From the NCBI GenBank assembly GCA_051251855.1, contig JBPOGI010000001.1:64001-128000 (forward strand): a stretch of DNA of 64,000 nt, in the 5' to 3' direction. Position numbers and translations under genes: made by a program. The stretch's first letter is position 1; each line of letters opens with the position of its first letter. The notes beneath the pieces are model-generated. The model had not been told where the DNA came from. It saw nothing but the letters and a program-made list of their open reading frames with translations, and did not search any database. This document shows positions 1 to 10,053 of this stretch, piece by piece. Source of the stretch: Roseibacillus sp. GTDB taxonomy: Bacteria; Verrucomicrobiota; Verrucomicrobiia; Verrucomicrobiales; Akkermansiaceae.

Positions 1-266
1 ATATTCCCGTCTGCGGTCATCTAGGTTATAAGTGACTTATAATAAGGGCTCTGTGGTTTTCTCGAGTCCTGTTTTTTAGTTAGGCCACGTTAATTATAAA
101 TTTAAACTTAAATTAATTAAAATCATTTAGATTAGAAAGTTTTAATAAGAATTTGTAAAAAATACTTCCCTTTCCGTAGAATTTTTATAAAACAGTTGTG
201 GCTTCTGGAGCAAAACCCTGCTCTAAAACGCCGCTGTTCCCAGTTCACCCTTAGTTCACCCCAAAT

Positions 267-1793
267 ATGAATCCTGCTAAAATTGTTCCTTTTGAGCAGC
301 CTCCCGTTGAGGCTGACAAACTCGCTGTTAGCGATGCTCAGATAGAAGTTGAGAAGCCTCAGTATGAGCTTCGGACCCGTAAGCGCCCCGGTATGGCCCA
401 CCAGAAGATGGTTGTGACGAGTTTCCTTGGGGACTTGGTCGCCATCGTTGTCGCCCTCTGTATCGGTTACTTGATTCGATTCGAAACTTTCTTGGGAGCA
501 ATTGGAGTAGAAGATTTGAGCCTGACTCTGAAGAGTTACGCGGGTCACTTGGTTTTCGGAACCGTTGTGATGATTGCCTTGGCCATCAACTACCGTCTGT
601 ATGACCCCAAGAAGTTCCTGACTTTCCGTCCTATGGTGAAGGCGATTTTTCAGGTTTGTGTTTCTTGGTCCGTTCTTTTCCTTTCTTTAGCTCTGGTTCT
701 GAAGCTCGACCCTGCAATTAGTCGTATCTATTGTGTGGTCGCTGGTAATACTGCGATGATTGCGCTCTTGGGATGGCGCTATGTCTTCCATACTGCTTTA
801 CGCTCTTGCGCATGGGGTAAGGCTCTTCGTCAGAAGGTTGTTTTCCTTGGATGGAATGAGGAGTGTGCCGCTGCGGTGAGCCGCATGACTGGTGGCAGCG
901 CTGAGTTGATTGAAGTGGCAGGTGTGATTCGTCCACAGGATGGAAAATTTGAAGAGGAGCCTCCTGCAGACGTTCCTATTCTTGGTGAGTTTGCTGACCT
1001 TCGTAATTCCCTGCGTGGAGAAGATGCTGATATGTTGATTGCGGTGAACGGCGCTGCAGACCGTGTTGCTCTTATGGAAGTCTCTGAGATTTGTGGACGT
1101 GAGTTCATCGACTTCAAGCTCGTTCCAAGTTGTTTCCAGGTTCTTGTTTCTAGCCTCAAGTTGGAGAACGTGAACGGAATGCCTCTTCTCGGAGTGGGAA
1201 CCCTTCCTCTCCACCATGCTCTTAACAGCATCGTTAAGCGCGCCTTCGATATCGTAGGAGCTCTTGCGGGATTGGCTATCTTTGGACCCATCATCGGAGT
1301 CTTCATGGCAATCGTGCGTGCGGAATCTAAAGGACCCCTCATCTATAAGCAGGTTCGTCTTGGCCTTGACGGAAAACCTTTCGAGATTCTCAAGATTCGC
1401 AGCATGAAGCTGGACGCGGAAGCTTCTGGCGGACCTGGTTGGACCGTTAAGGATGACCCACGTTGCCTTAAGATTGGAGCTTTGATGCGCAAGTGGAACA
1501 TCGACGAGCTTCCCCAGTTCTGGAACGTTCTTTGTGGTGACATGAGCTTGGTTGGACCTCGTCCTGAGCGCCCTGAGTTGATTCACGATTTTAAGGAAGA
1601 CATTCCTCACTACAACTTGCGCCACAACATCAAGCCAGGTTTGACCGGTTGGGCCCAAATTAACGGACTTCGTGGCGACACTTGCCTCAAGACTCGCGTC
1701 AAGTTCGACCTCCATTACATGGAGAACTGGAACTTCCTCTGGGACATCCGCATCATGGCTTTGACTTTCTTCAAGCGCAGCGGAGCCTGTTAA
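267..1793 (+). CDS. Polyprenyl-phosphate glycosylphosphotransferase (WcaJ/WbaP family, initiating sugar transferase)
   Basis: N-terminal TM helices, CoA-binding-like middle domain, C-terminal Bac_transf motifs KRAFD, KIRSM, DDPR, IDELPQFWNVLCGDMSLVGPRPERP, PGLTGWAQING. Confidence 0.9.
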   Translation: MNPAKIVPFEQPPVEADKLAVSDAQIEVEKPQYELRTRKRPGMAHQKMVVTSFLGDLVAIVVALCIGYLIRFETFLGAIGVEDLSLTLKSYAGHLVFGTVVMIALAINYRLYDPKKFLTFRPMVKAIFQVCVSWSVLFLSLALVLKLDPAISRIYCVVAGNTAMIALLGWRYVFHTALRSCAWGKALRQKVVFLGWNEECAAAVSRMTGGSAELIEVAGVIRPQDGKFEEEPPADVPILGEFADLRNSLRGEDADMLIAVNGAADRVALMEVSEICGREFIDFKLVPSCFQVLVSSLKLENVNGMPLLGVGTLPLHHALNSIVKRAFDIVGALAGLAIFGPIIGVFMAIVRAESKGPLIYKQVRLGLDGKPFEILKIRSMKLDAEASGGPGWTVKDDPRCLKIGALMRKWNIDELPQFWNVLCGDMSLVGPRPERPELIHDFKEDIPHYNLRHNIKPGLTGWAQINGLRGDTCLKTRVKFDLHYMENWNFLWDIRIMALTFFKRSGAC

Positions 1794-1815
1794 TCTCTTT
1801 CAAGTAACAAGTAGC

Positions 1816-1848
1816 AAAAAAAAGACGGCCCGATGGGCCGTCTTTTTT
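1816..1848. terminator. Bidirectional intrinsic terminator
   Basis: A-tract, GACGGCCC-GAT-GGGCCGTC perfect stem, then T-tract, about 22 nt after the wcaJ-like stop. Confidence 0.9.
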
Positions 1849-1987
1849 GTGATCTAGCGAGAATTGAGAGCACTCAAAATCTGACCTGAAATCGCAAACT
1901 ACGGAAAATGGGGTTTTGGCTTGTTTGAGGGGCAGGGGGCCGGTACGCCAGAGTCCTCGGCAGGATCTGTATCCGCCAGCACACATT

Positions 1988-3562
1988 ATGGCTATTCAAC
2001 GCGCTCTTCTTTCGGTGTCGGACAAGACAGGACTGGTGGTATTTGCACGCCGGTTGGCTGAGGACTTTGGGGTGGAACTCCTTTCGACAGGCGGCACTGC
2101 TTCAGCTTTGCGTGAAGCAGGTCTCGAAGTGACAGATGTGTCGGATTACACGGGGGAGCCTGAGCTTTTTGAAGGCCGCCTTAAGACGCTTCATCCGATG
2201 GTGCATGGAGGACTACTGCAGCGGCGAGACTCTGATGACCATAAGGCTCAGGCAAAGAAGCATAAGATTCCGCCTATCGACCTTGTCGTGGTGAACCTTT
2301 ATCCCTTCGAAGAGACGGTCGCACAAGAGGGAGTGACTCTCGCGGAAGCGATCGAGAAGATCGATATTGGTGGACCTTCTATGTTGCGCAGCGCAGCGAA
2401 AAACTATGCTGCGGTCACGGTGGTGACGGATCCAGGAGACTACGAGCGCGTCTTGGATGAGATGGCGGAAGTGGAGGAGTTGGGAGGAGAAACGACGACG
2501 AAAGGAGAAACGAGTTTGCGCTTGCGGGAAGAGTTGGCGTTGAAGGTTTTTCGTCGCACGAACGAGTATGATGGGGCTATTGCCGATTATCTGGGTAAGT
2601 GCGACAAAGGAACGGCGGGTAACTTTGCGGTTTCTTTGCCGCTGGATCGAGACCTTCGCTATGGAGACAATCCTCATCAGGCAGCTCGTTTGTATGGAAA
2701 TTTCTCGGAGTATTTCTCTCAGTTGCAGGGTAAGGAACTTAGCTATACGAATATTCTCGATATCGAGGCGGCAGCGGATCTGATTTTGGACTTTAAGCGT
2801 CCCACGGTGGGTATTCTGAAGCACACCAATCCCTGTGGAATTGGTCAGGACGACGATGACTTACGCGAGGCGTGGGGGAAGGCCTTTGAGACGGATCGTC
2901 AGGCTCCCTTCGGTGGCGTGATTGTTTGTAACCGCCCTATTGACGAGGGATTGGCGCGTGTGATTTCGGAAATATTCACTGATGTGATCATCGCACCAGA
3001 CTACCTGCCGGAGGCCCGAGCGATTCTCCAGAAGAAGAAGAATCTGAGGTTAATGCACATGCATGAAGCGGCCTATCGAATTGAAAAGAAGGAACAAGTG
3101 GTTCGCTCCTGTCCCGGTGGCCTGATGGTGATGGATCGAGATTATGAGGTCAAAGGCCTCGAGAGTTTGGAAGGAAAAGTAGTCAGTAAGCGTCCGCCGA
3201 CGCAGGAGGAGCTGATCGCGATGCGCTTCGGTTGGCGCGTGGTGAAGCACGTGAAGTCCAACGCGATTGTGTTCTCAGGTTCGGATCGAACTCTCGGTAT
3301 CGGTGCTGGTCAGATGAGCCGAGTCGATTCTTCGAAAATTGCCTGTTGGAAGGCGGAGCAGGCGGGGCTTTCGCTCAAGGGCAGCATTATTGCTTCCGAT
3401 GCCATGTTCCCATTTGCGGACGGTCTTGATGCCGCTATTGAAGCGGGCGCCACGGCTTGTATTCAGCCAGGAGGGTCGATTCGCGATGAAGAAGTGATCG
3501 CTGCTGCCGATGAGGCTGGCCTCGCGATGGTCTTCACTGGGCACCGCCACTTTAGGCATTGA
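1988..3562 (+). CDS. purH: Bifunctional AICAR transformylase/IMP cyclohydrolase
   Basis: ALLSVSDKTG, STGGT, KTLHP, IDIGGPSMLRSAAKN, RYGDNPHQ, KHTNPCG, GAGQMSRVDS, ends TGHRHFRH; start set at ATG 1988 rather than upstream TTG 1916. Confidence 0.97.
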   Translation: MAIQRALLSVSDKTGLVVFARRLAEDFGVELLSTGGTASALREAGLEVTDVSDYTGEPELFEGRLKTLHPMVHGGLLQRRDSDDHKAQAKKHKIPPIDLVVVNLYPFEETVAQEGVTLAEAIEKIDIGGPSMLRSAAKNYAAVTVVTDPGDYERVLDEMAEVEELGGETTTKGETSLRLREELALKVFRRTNEYDGAIADYLGKCDKGTAGNFAVSLPLDRDLRYGDNPHQAARLYGNFSEYFSQLQGKELSYTNILDIEAAADLILDFKRPTVGILKHTNPCGIGQDDDDLREAWGKAFETDRQAPFGGVIVCNRPIDEGLARVISEIFTDVIIAPDYLPEARAILQKKKNLRLMHMHEAAYRIEKKEQVVRSCPGGLMVMDRDYEVKGLESLEGKVVSKRPPTQEELIAMRFGWRVVKHVKSNAIVFSGSDRTLGIGAGQMSRVDSSKIACWKAEQAGLSLKGSIIASDAMFPFADGLDAAIEAGATACIQPGGSIRDEEVIAAADEAGLAMVFTGHRHFRH

Positions 3563-3592
3563 TAGCTGAGGGGAAGGGTGGTTTTCGTCCAA

Positions 3593-3610
3593 AAGGCATA
3601 ATCGGTGCAT
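3593..3610 (+). promoter_or_regulatory. Candidate sigma-54 (-24/-12) promoter
   Basis: AAGGCATAATCGGTGCAT: GG(3595-96)-N10-GC(3607-08), upstream of the hydrolase and lipid-modification genes. Confidence 0.3.
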
Positions 3611-3681
3611 CTTTTCTCGCTGCCTCAGCGTAGCGTTGGACAGTGAGAGTGCTGTCTGCTGATTTCTGTTCTGTTGTCCTG

Positions 3682-4521
3682 ATGAGGATAATTGCGCTCT
3701 CCATCGTTGTGGGAGTTCTTGGAAGTTGTTCGGCAGGCCTTCCTAGAGCCGGTGTTGGTGTGAAGACGAGTTTTGAGTCTCAAAAAGATGTGGTTTATTC
3801 TCCTGCGGCTTGGCCACAGGAGATGAAAGGTGACTTGTATCAACCTGAGGTGGATATGCCTGCGCCTGGGGTTTTGCTAATTCACGGGGGAGGGTGGACG
3901 GGCGGGGATAAGCGTCACCAAATGTCGGCCATCGCCCGACGGTTGGCCAAGCGAGGGTTCGTTGTCTTCAATGCCACTTATCGCACAACCCCCGAGTGGC
4001 AGCATCCGGCGCAATATGAAGACCTCATCCAAGCTCTGAAGTGGATGAAGGCTCACGCAGAGGAGCTGAACCTCGATTCGAATCGACTCGCGACTTTTGG
4101 ATATTCAGCGGGTGGGCACTTGTCAGCATTGGTGGGACTCCAAGCCGAGAAAGAAGGGATTCCGATTCGTGCCATCGTTGCCGGCGGCGCGCCATCTGAT
4201 CTGATGATTACGGATAGTCCTCTTGTGGAGGCGTTATTGGGCGGGCGTAGGGATGAGATGCCAGCCCGTTTCCGTGAAGCCTCTCCCATAAATCATATCA
4301 CCTCCAAAAGCCCGCCTGTGTTTCTCTATCACGCACCCAAGGATTCACTGGTATGGCCGAAGCATGCCTTCGCCTTCGACAAGAAGCTCACTGAGAGTGG
4401 GGTGAAGCATGAGTTGGTTTGGACCTTTGGGTGGGGACACATTTCGGGGTTTCTTCTTCCGGGAAAGGCGATGGGCAATGCCGTAGCCTTCCTCGACGAG
4501 TATCTCAGGACCGAACTATGA
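3682..4521 (+). CDS. Alpha/beta hydrolase (HSL-type esterase/lipase), probable lipoprotein
   Basis: HGGGW oxyanion motif, GYSAGG nucleophile elbow, ASP and GH motifs; lipobox-like LGSC after the ATG at 3682. Confidence 0.85.
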   Translation: MRIIALSIVVGVLGSCSAGLPRAGVGVKTSFESQKDVVYSPAAWPQEMKGDLYQPEVDMPAPGVLLIHGGGWTGGDKRHQMSAIARRLAKRGFVVFNATYRTTPEWQHPAQYEDLIQALKWMKAHAEELNLDSNRLATFGYSAGGHLSALVGLQAEKEGIPIRAIVAGGAPSDLMITDSPLVEALLGGRRDEMPARFREASPINHITSKSPPVFLYHAPKDSLVWPKHAFAFDKKLTESGVKHELVWTFGWGHISGFLLPGKAMGNAVAFLDEYLRTEL

Positions 4522-4570
4522 TAAAATTGTCCCTTGCTTATCCCCAACTCGATTCCACCTTGCCGCTCTT

Positions 4571-5188
4571 ATGCCTAATATCCTCCTGCACCCAATGACA
4601 ACTCTAGGAATAGGTGCCCTAGGTGGCGCAATTCTCGTTGTTTTACTCCTAGCCTCCTGCTCGGGAACCAATGAAACCCCTCAATTTGTGAAAAGCTATC
4701 GTGACGCAATGACCAGAGCGGGTTCCGACGGTCCTGCTTCGGGAAGCGCAGCTGAAAAGGCTGCTCACGAACGCTTCGGCACCTTCCTCAAAAATGTCGG
4801 TATTCCATCTGCCATCAAGGAAAACACCAGTAAAACCTACGCTAAGGAAGCCTATTTGAACGATACCTTAGTGACCCACTATGGACCGGAGGAAATCGAG
4901 GCCTATTTTCTGAAAACCGCCGACACCATGACTGAGTTTGAGGTCACCATTGATGATGTGGCTCGGTCAGGGGATGACCACTATTTCCGATGGACTATGA
5001 TCTTTGCCGCTCCCAAGTTGGCCAAAGGAACGCCGATTCACTCAGTGGGGATGAGTCAGGTCCGCTTTAACGCCGAAGGGAAGGTTGTCTTCCATCAGGA
5101 CTTCTGGGACTCGGGGGCCAACATCTTTGGACAAGCTCCCGTTTCTGGCGGCATCATCGGAGCTATCCGCAAGCGTATTGCTAAGTAA
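4571..5188 (+). CDS. SnoaL/NTF2-like domain lipoprotein
   Basis: Hydrophobic N-terminus with LASC lipobox; YLNDTL, RWTM, GMS, FHQDFWD pattern typical of SnoaL_2 proteins in cfa/DUF1365 clusters. Confidence 0.75.
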   Translation: MPNILLHPMTTLGIGALGGAILVVLLLASCSGTNETPQFVKSYRDAMTRAGSDGPASGSAAEKAAHERFGTFLKNVGIPSAIKENTSKTYAKEAYLNDTLVTHYGPEEIEAYFLKTADTMTEFEVTIDDVARSGDDHYFRWTMIFAAPKLAKGTPIHSVGMSQVRFNAEGKVVFHQDFWDSGANIFGQAPVSGGIIGAIRKRIAK

Positions 5189-6168
5189 TGAACGAAGTTT
5201 CCCCAGCCTCCACTCATCGCTCAGATGGACTTCTTGCGCTCGCTAAGCGGGTTGTCTGCCAACTGGTGGACTCCGATTACCGTCGTGAGGACCAGCCCGA
5301 TCCAAGCTCTATGCCAGAGAAGGTGAATTGGGAGCGCACCATTGCCTTTATTTTTCTCCATTTGGGTTGTTTCGCTGTGATCTGGGTAGGAGTGAGCCCC
5401 GTGCCTGTAGTCGCTGCCATTGCTCTCTACATCGTGCGCATGTTCGCGATCACTGGATTTTACCACCGCTACTTTTCTCATCGCACTTTCAAAACTTCCC
5501 GTATGGGACAGTTTCTCTTTGCTGTCTTGGGAAATAGTTCGATGCAACGAGGGCCTCTCTGGTGGGCAGCGACGCATCGACATCATCATCAGCATTCTGA
5601 CGAAGAAGAGGACGCTCATTCGCCTTCTGTCAAAGGATTCATGTGGTCACACATCGGCTGGCTGACCTGTGCGAAGAATTTTCCGACCTCTTATGAGTCT
5701 ATCCCAGACCTTAAAAAGTTTCCGGAGTTGGTTTTCCTGAACCGCTTCGATCAGGTGGTGCCCATTGTCTACGGACTGGTGATGTTGGGAACAGGTTGGT
5801 TGTTGGAGAGCTTTGCTCCAGCCCTAGGCACGACAATGTGGCAGTTCTTCGTTTGGACTTTTTTCATCAGCACGGTGATCCTCTTGCATGGAACTCTCTT
5901 CATCAACTCGGTAGCTCATGTCTGGGGGAATAAGCCCTATAAGACTGGGGATGATAGCCGGAATAGTTTTCTACTCGCGATTATCACTTTGGGCGAGGGA
6001 TGGCACAATAATCATCATCGCTATCCTCATTCTACTCGCCAGGGTTTCCGGTGGTGGCAAATCGATGCCACTTATGTCGGTTTGAAATTTCTTTCTTGGA
6101 CAGGACTGATTTGGGACCTGAGGCCGGTTCCTCAGAAGGTTCAAGACGAGGGGTATCCCACTAAATAA
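5188..6168 (+). CDS. Acyl-lipid/acyl-CoA desaturase (delta-9 type)
   Basis: His boxes HRYFSH, HRHHH, GEGWHNNHH; TM segments. Confidence 0.92.
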   Translation: MNEVSPASTHRSDGLLALAKRVVCQLVDSDYRREDQPDPSSMPEKVNWERTIAFIFLHLGCFAVIWVGVSPVPVVAAIALYIVRMFAITGFYHRYFSHRTFKTSRMGQFLFAVLGNSSMQRGPLWWAATHRHHHQHSDEEEDAHSPSVKGFMWSHIGWLTCAKNFPTSYESIPDLKKFPELVFLNRFDQVVPIVYGLVMLGTGWLLESFAPALGTTMWQFFVWTFFISTVILLHGTLFINSVAHVWGNKPYKTGDDSRNSFLLAIITLGEGWHNNHHRYPHSTRQGFRWWQIDATYVGLKFLSWTGLIWDLRPVPQKVQDEGYPTK

Positions 6169-6174
6169 CAAGTC

Positions 6175-7428
6175 ATGAAACGTAAAAAAATAGCAATCAT
6201 CGGCTCCGGGGTTTCAGGGTTGTCTTGCGCGCATTTTTTACATCCTAGGCATGAGGTGACTCTCTTCGAGAAAGATGGCCGAGTCGGTGGTCACTCTCAC
6301 ACTATTTCCATTCAGGAAGAGAAGGAGGAGGTTTCCCTGGATACGGGTTTCATGGTCTATAATGAGGTGACCTATCCCTTGTTGACGCGGCTTTTTAAAG
6401 ATTTAGGAGTTGAGACCAAGCCGACGTCGATGTCCTTCAGCGTTCAGCATGTCCGGGAACGTTTTGAATTTAATGGGAGTGGGTTTGATAAGATTTTTGG
6501 GCAGCGGAAAAACATCTTTTCGCCTCGGTTTTGGAAAATGCTTTTACAGATTAAGCGTTTCAACGAAGAGACGGTAAAGGAACTGGAAGACCCACAGTCG
6601 CCGGGCTGCACTTTGGAAGAATACGTTAAAGAGCGTGGTTATGGGGACGATTTTCTGAAGTGGTATCTCTCTCCGATGGCGGCCGCCGTGTGGTCTAGTC
6701 CGCCAGAACGAATTTCAGCCTTTCCGGCTCACACCTTGATGCGGTTTTGGCACAATCACGGTTTTCTAGGGCTCGATACTCACCACCCTTGGCGGACGGT
6801 TGAGTGCGGGTCTCGCCAATATGTCGAAAAGCTAACGTCACCATTTTCTGACTGCATCGAGAAGGATAGGGGCGTGCAGAAGGTGAGGGGGCGCACCCTC
6901 GTTTTCGCCGACGGTGAGGAACAGGAATTTGATGCCGTCATTTTTGCGTCACACGGAGACCAGTCTCACCGGTTGTTAGAGGATGCCACTGAGCAAGAGG
7001 ATCGACTGCTGGCTTGTTTTCAGTATCAGGACAATGTTGCACTGGTTCATAGTGACCCCAAGTTTATGCCCCAAACAAAGCGGTGTTGGGCCTCTTGGAA
7101 CTACCGTGTCGATGGTGATAAGCACTCGACCCATTACTGGATGAATAGTCTGCAGGGGGTCTCTGAGCGTGATGATTATTTTGTTTCGATTAATCCTCCT
7201 GAGCCAGTGGATGAGGCTTCTGTGAAGCGTCGACTCAACTACGAACATCCCATTTTTGATTTGGATGCCATTGCCGCGCAGGATGAATTGGCTGCTCTTA
7301 ATCAGGCTGGCGATGAGACCGGGCGATATTATTGTGGGGCTTGGCAGCGCTATGGTTTTCACGAAGATGGTATCTGGTCTGCCCATCGCCTGTGCGAACA
7401 ATTGATAGGAGGGGATCCTTGGCCATGA
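6175..7428 (+). CDS. FAD-dependent oxidoreductase (COG2907; UfaD-like)
   Basis: GSGVSG Rossmann motif, GGH, DTGFMVYN, WASWNY, YEHP, GFHEDG; followed by DUF1365 and cfa-like genes. Confidence 0.88.
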   Translation: MKRKKIAIIGSGVSGLSCAHFLHPRHEVTLFEKDGRVGGHSHTISIQEEKEEVSLDTGFMVYNEVTYPLLTRLFKDLGVETKPTSMSFSVQHVRERFEFNGSGFDKIFGQRKNIFSPRFWKMLLQIKRFNEETVKELEDPQSPGCTLEEYVKERGYGDDFLKWYLSPMAAAVWSSPPERISAFPAHTLMRFWHNHGFLGLDTHHPWRTVECGSRQYVEKLTSPFSDCIEKDRGVQKVRGRTLVFADGEEQEFDAVIFASHGDQSHRLLEDATEQEDRLLACFQYQDNVALVHSDPKFMPQTKRCWASWNYRVDGDKHSTHYWMNSLQGVSERDDYFVSINPPEPVDEASVKRRLNYEHPIFDLDAIAAQDELAALNQAGDETGRYYCGAWQRYGFHEDGIWSAHRLCEQLIGGDPWP

Positions 7429-8234
7429 CTGCCTTGCGTCCTCCCAGGCTCTATCAATGTGAAGTGATGCATCAGCGTCTTGTGCCTAAGAGAGAGCCGT
7501 TTCACTATAGGGTGTTCATGCTCGCTTTCGAGTTGAACGATCTCCCTCAGATGGCGAAGGGTAATGTTTGGTTGGGGCACAATCGCTTTCATTTGTTTTC
7601 GATTAATGATCGCGACCACATCGACTTGGGTGAAGAGGGGGGGATTCGTCCCAATCTTTTGAAGTGGTTATACGAGCAAGGACAGGATGTTCCGCAGGAT
7701 GCTCGCATTGAGCTGGTCACTTTTCCTTCTGTTCTTGGTTATGGCTTTAATCCAGTGAGTTTTTACGCCGTTTCTCGTAGCACGGGAGAACCGCTTTTGA
7801 TGGTGGCTGAAGTGGTGAACACCTTTCGCGAGATGAAGCTGTTTTTGGTAGACGAGGAGGGCTCCGATCAACGTTGGCAACGGCGGGTAGAAAAGGGTTT
7901 CTACGTCTCTCCGTTTTCGGACTCGGGAGATGACTTTGATTTTCGTCTTTCGCTCCCCAGAGAGAAGCTAGCCATCAATATTGACAATTGGCACGACGGG
8001 GAACGAACTTTGGTGAGCGCTGTGAGAGGGCAAGAGCTGCCGTTGACCGCAAGTCGACTCTTCTGGTTCGCCTTACGTTATCCCTTTCTCTCTCTCAAAA
8101 TTATCGTGGGAATTCATTGGCAAGCTGCGCGCCTGTGGTTCGCTAAGATTCCCTATTTCAAAAAGAGCGAGCGACTGGAGATCCAGCGCGATGTTCTTCG
8201 GCCTCATTCTTCACCAGAAAAAAGAACCCCATAA
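7425..8234 (+). CDS. DUF1365 family protein (UfaO-like)
   Basis: HQR, F.YRVFM, GYGFNPVSF, AEVVNTF, KGFYVSPF, IHWQAARLW; ATGA overlap with the upstream stop. Confidence 0.9.
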   Translation: MTALRPPRLYQCEVMHQRLVPKREPFHYRVFMLAFELNDLPQMAKGNVWLGHNRFHLFSINDRDHIDLGEEGGIRPNLLKWLYEQGQDVPQDARIELVTFPSVLGYGFNPVSFYAVSRSTGEPLLMVAEVVNTFREMKLFLVDEEGSDQRWQRRVEKGFYVSPFSDSGDDFDFRLSLPREKLAINIDNWHDGERTLVSAVRGQELPLTASRLFWFALRYPFLSLKIIVGIHWQAARLWFAKIPYFKKSERLEIQRDVLRPHSSPEKRTP

Positions 8235-8236
8235 CC

Positions 8237-9529
8237 ATGACTACCTCCTCAACTGATACTGTCACCGCCTCAGTGGCATCACAAAAGCCCGCCACCTTTG
8301 CTGAGCGCATGGTTTTGGGCTTGTTAGAAAAGATGCCTCAAGGCGGATTAAGGCTGTATCATGCCGATGGTCGCCAACGGGACTTTGGTGAAGTAGGAGC
8401 TCCTATCTCTGCCGAAGTGCGCATCAATAATGATGATGAGTTTTTCAAGCGGTGTGCCTTTTACGGTAATGTAGGCATGGGAGAGGCTTATACCGATGGA
8501 ATTTGGGATACGAGTGATATCAAAGCGGTGGTGACTTGGTTCATCGATAATATGGCTGCATTGCAAGGGGACCGAAGCAACTCGAGTCGTCTTCCGAAGG
8601 TGAATCTTTTGAAAATGGTAAACTGGGTCCGTCACCTAAAGCGCAGTAATACCATCGAGACGAGCCGCCGAAATATTTCCGAACATTACGATTTGGGGAA
8701 CACCTTTTATCAAGAATGGTTGGATGGCACGATGACCTACTCTTGCGCCATGTTCGATAAGACGGATGAATCCTTCGAAGCTGCACAGAATGCGAAGTAT
8801 GAAGCGCTGTGTCAGAAACTTCAGCTGAAAAAGGGGGAGCATGTGCTTGAGATTGGTTGTGGTTGGGGTGGGTTTTGCGCCTATGCTGCTAAGAACTATG
8901 GCGTAAAAATTACTGCTCTTACCATTTCGCAGGCGCAGGCTGATTTTGCGCGCGAACGGATGAAGCGAGAAGGTCTCGAGAATTTGGTAGAGATTCGGAT
9001 TCAGGACTACCGTCTCGTCGAGGGAGAGTTTGACAAAATTGTATCCATCGAAATGTTAGAAGCGGTAGGGGATAAGTTCCACGAGTCGTTCTTTGGTAAG
9101 TGTCACGAGGTCATGAAGCCGGCGGGTCTCTTGGCGGTGCAAATGATTACAGTGCCAGATTCGCGCTATAAGAACCTTAAGACGGGAGTGGACTGGATTC
9201 AGCGGCATATTTTTCCAGGATCGCTTTTGCTCAGTGTGGGGCGAGTGAATGAGGTACTACAGAAAACGGGGAACCTCTTCATGCATGATTTGGAGGACAT
9301 GGGCACAAACTATGTTCGGACCCTCGACTCGTGGCATCAACGCTTTAACGGCTCCAAGGAGAAGCTGAATGCGCTGGGATACGACGAGAGCTTTTTCCGG
9401 ACTTGGAACTACTATCTCAAATATTGTGAAGCGGCTTTTGCGACCCGCAATATTTCGGTGGTGCAGGCGGTCTATACCCGTCCTAACAATTCGACTCTTC
9501 AGCGTTCACTCTCCGAATTGTCCGCATGA
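8237..9529 (+). CDS. Cyclopropane-fatty-acyl-phospholipid synthase family SAM methyltransferase (UfaM/Cfa-like)
   Basis: GEAYTDG, NISEHYDLGN, MTYSCA, VLEIGCGWG, SIEMLEAVG, IFPG, WNYYLKYCEAAF. Confidence 0.92.
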   Translation: MTTSSTDTVTASVASQKPATFAERMVLGLLEKMPQGGLRLYHADGRQRDFGEVGAPISAEVRINNDDEFFKRCAFYGNVGMGEAYTDGIWDTSDIKAVVTWFIDNMAALQGDRSNSSRLPKVNLLKMVNWVRHLKRSNTIETSRRNISEHYDLGNTFYQEWLDGTMTYSCAMFDKTDESFEAAQNAKYEALCQKLQLKKGEHVLEIGCGWGGFCAYAAKNYGVKITALTISQAQADFARERMKREGLENLVEIRIQDYRLVEGEFDKIVSIEMLEAVGDKFHESFFGKCHEVMKPAGLLAVQMITVPDSRYKNLKTGVDWIQRHIFPGSLLLSVGRVNEVLQKTGNLFMHDLEDMGTNYVRTLDSWHQRFNGSKEKLNALGYDESFFRTWNYYLKYCEAAFATRNISVVQAVYTRPNNSTLQRSLSELSA

Positions 9530-10053
9530 CCCGAGTGGAGCCCAGTGCTGTTAGCGAGTCGTCATCCCGCCGTGCTTGGTGGAGGCGCTGGATTGTCGAT
9601 CCGATTCGGAATCAGCTGCAGCAGGGGGTGGCGCCAAGTAAGCTGGGATGGGCTGCCGCATTGGGAGTAACGGTGGGTGTTATTCCGATTATGGGAACGG
9701 TGAGTGCCGTCAGTGTTGCAGGTGCGGCGGTCTTTAAGTTGAACCAGCCGATTACCCACCTTTTCACCCGCTTGATGTTGCCGCTTCATCTTCTTCTCAT
9801 TGTTCCCTTTATCCGTCTGGGGCAGAGAATTCACGGGGCGGAGCTTCTTTCGGCGACCGTTCCGGAGCTGGTTCAACAATTTCAGGAGGCCCCGATGAAA
9901 TTTTTGGGAGACTTCGGGTTGGCTGCTTGGCATGGTTTTGTAGCGTGGGCCTTGGTGGCGCCCTTTCTTCTCTTTGCGGTGAAGCTCATTTTGACGCCGC
10001 TGTTTCAAATATTGGGTAAGCGAATGAGGAGAAACGAGGAGGTGGCCGCATGA
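9526..10053 (+). CDS. DUF2062-like membrane protein
   Basis: Hydrophobic; GVAPSKL..ALGV..G.IP pattern; ATGA-coupled at both ends. Confidence 0.7.
   Translation: MTRVEPSAVSESSSRRAWWRRWIVDPIRNQLQQGVAPSKLGWAAALGVTVGVIPIMGTVSAVSVAGAAVFKLNQPITHLFTRLMLPLHLLLIVPFIRLGQRIHGAELLSATVPELVQQFQEAPMKFLGDFGLAAWHGFVAWALVAPFLLFAVKLILTPLFQILGKRMRRNEEVAA

Noticed and set aside
798..1715. Long antisense ORFs (for example 798-1715, 20613-21233, 31574-32311, 34522-35181, 40926-41663)
   Set aside because: They lie opposite well-supported genes and show no protein motifs; they are typical shadow ORFs produced by codon bias
1850..1987. ZMP/ZTP (pfl) riboswitch upstream of purH
   Set aside because: Expected conserved segments (GACUGGCG...CGCCUGGGC) are not visible; a covariance-model scan would be definitive
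4522..4570. ECF sigmaE/ChrR-type promoter for the Ufa-like operon
   Set aside because: No TGATC-type -35 with a matching -10 is seen, and no ECF sigma or chrR gene is in the window
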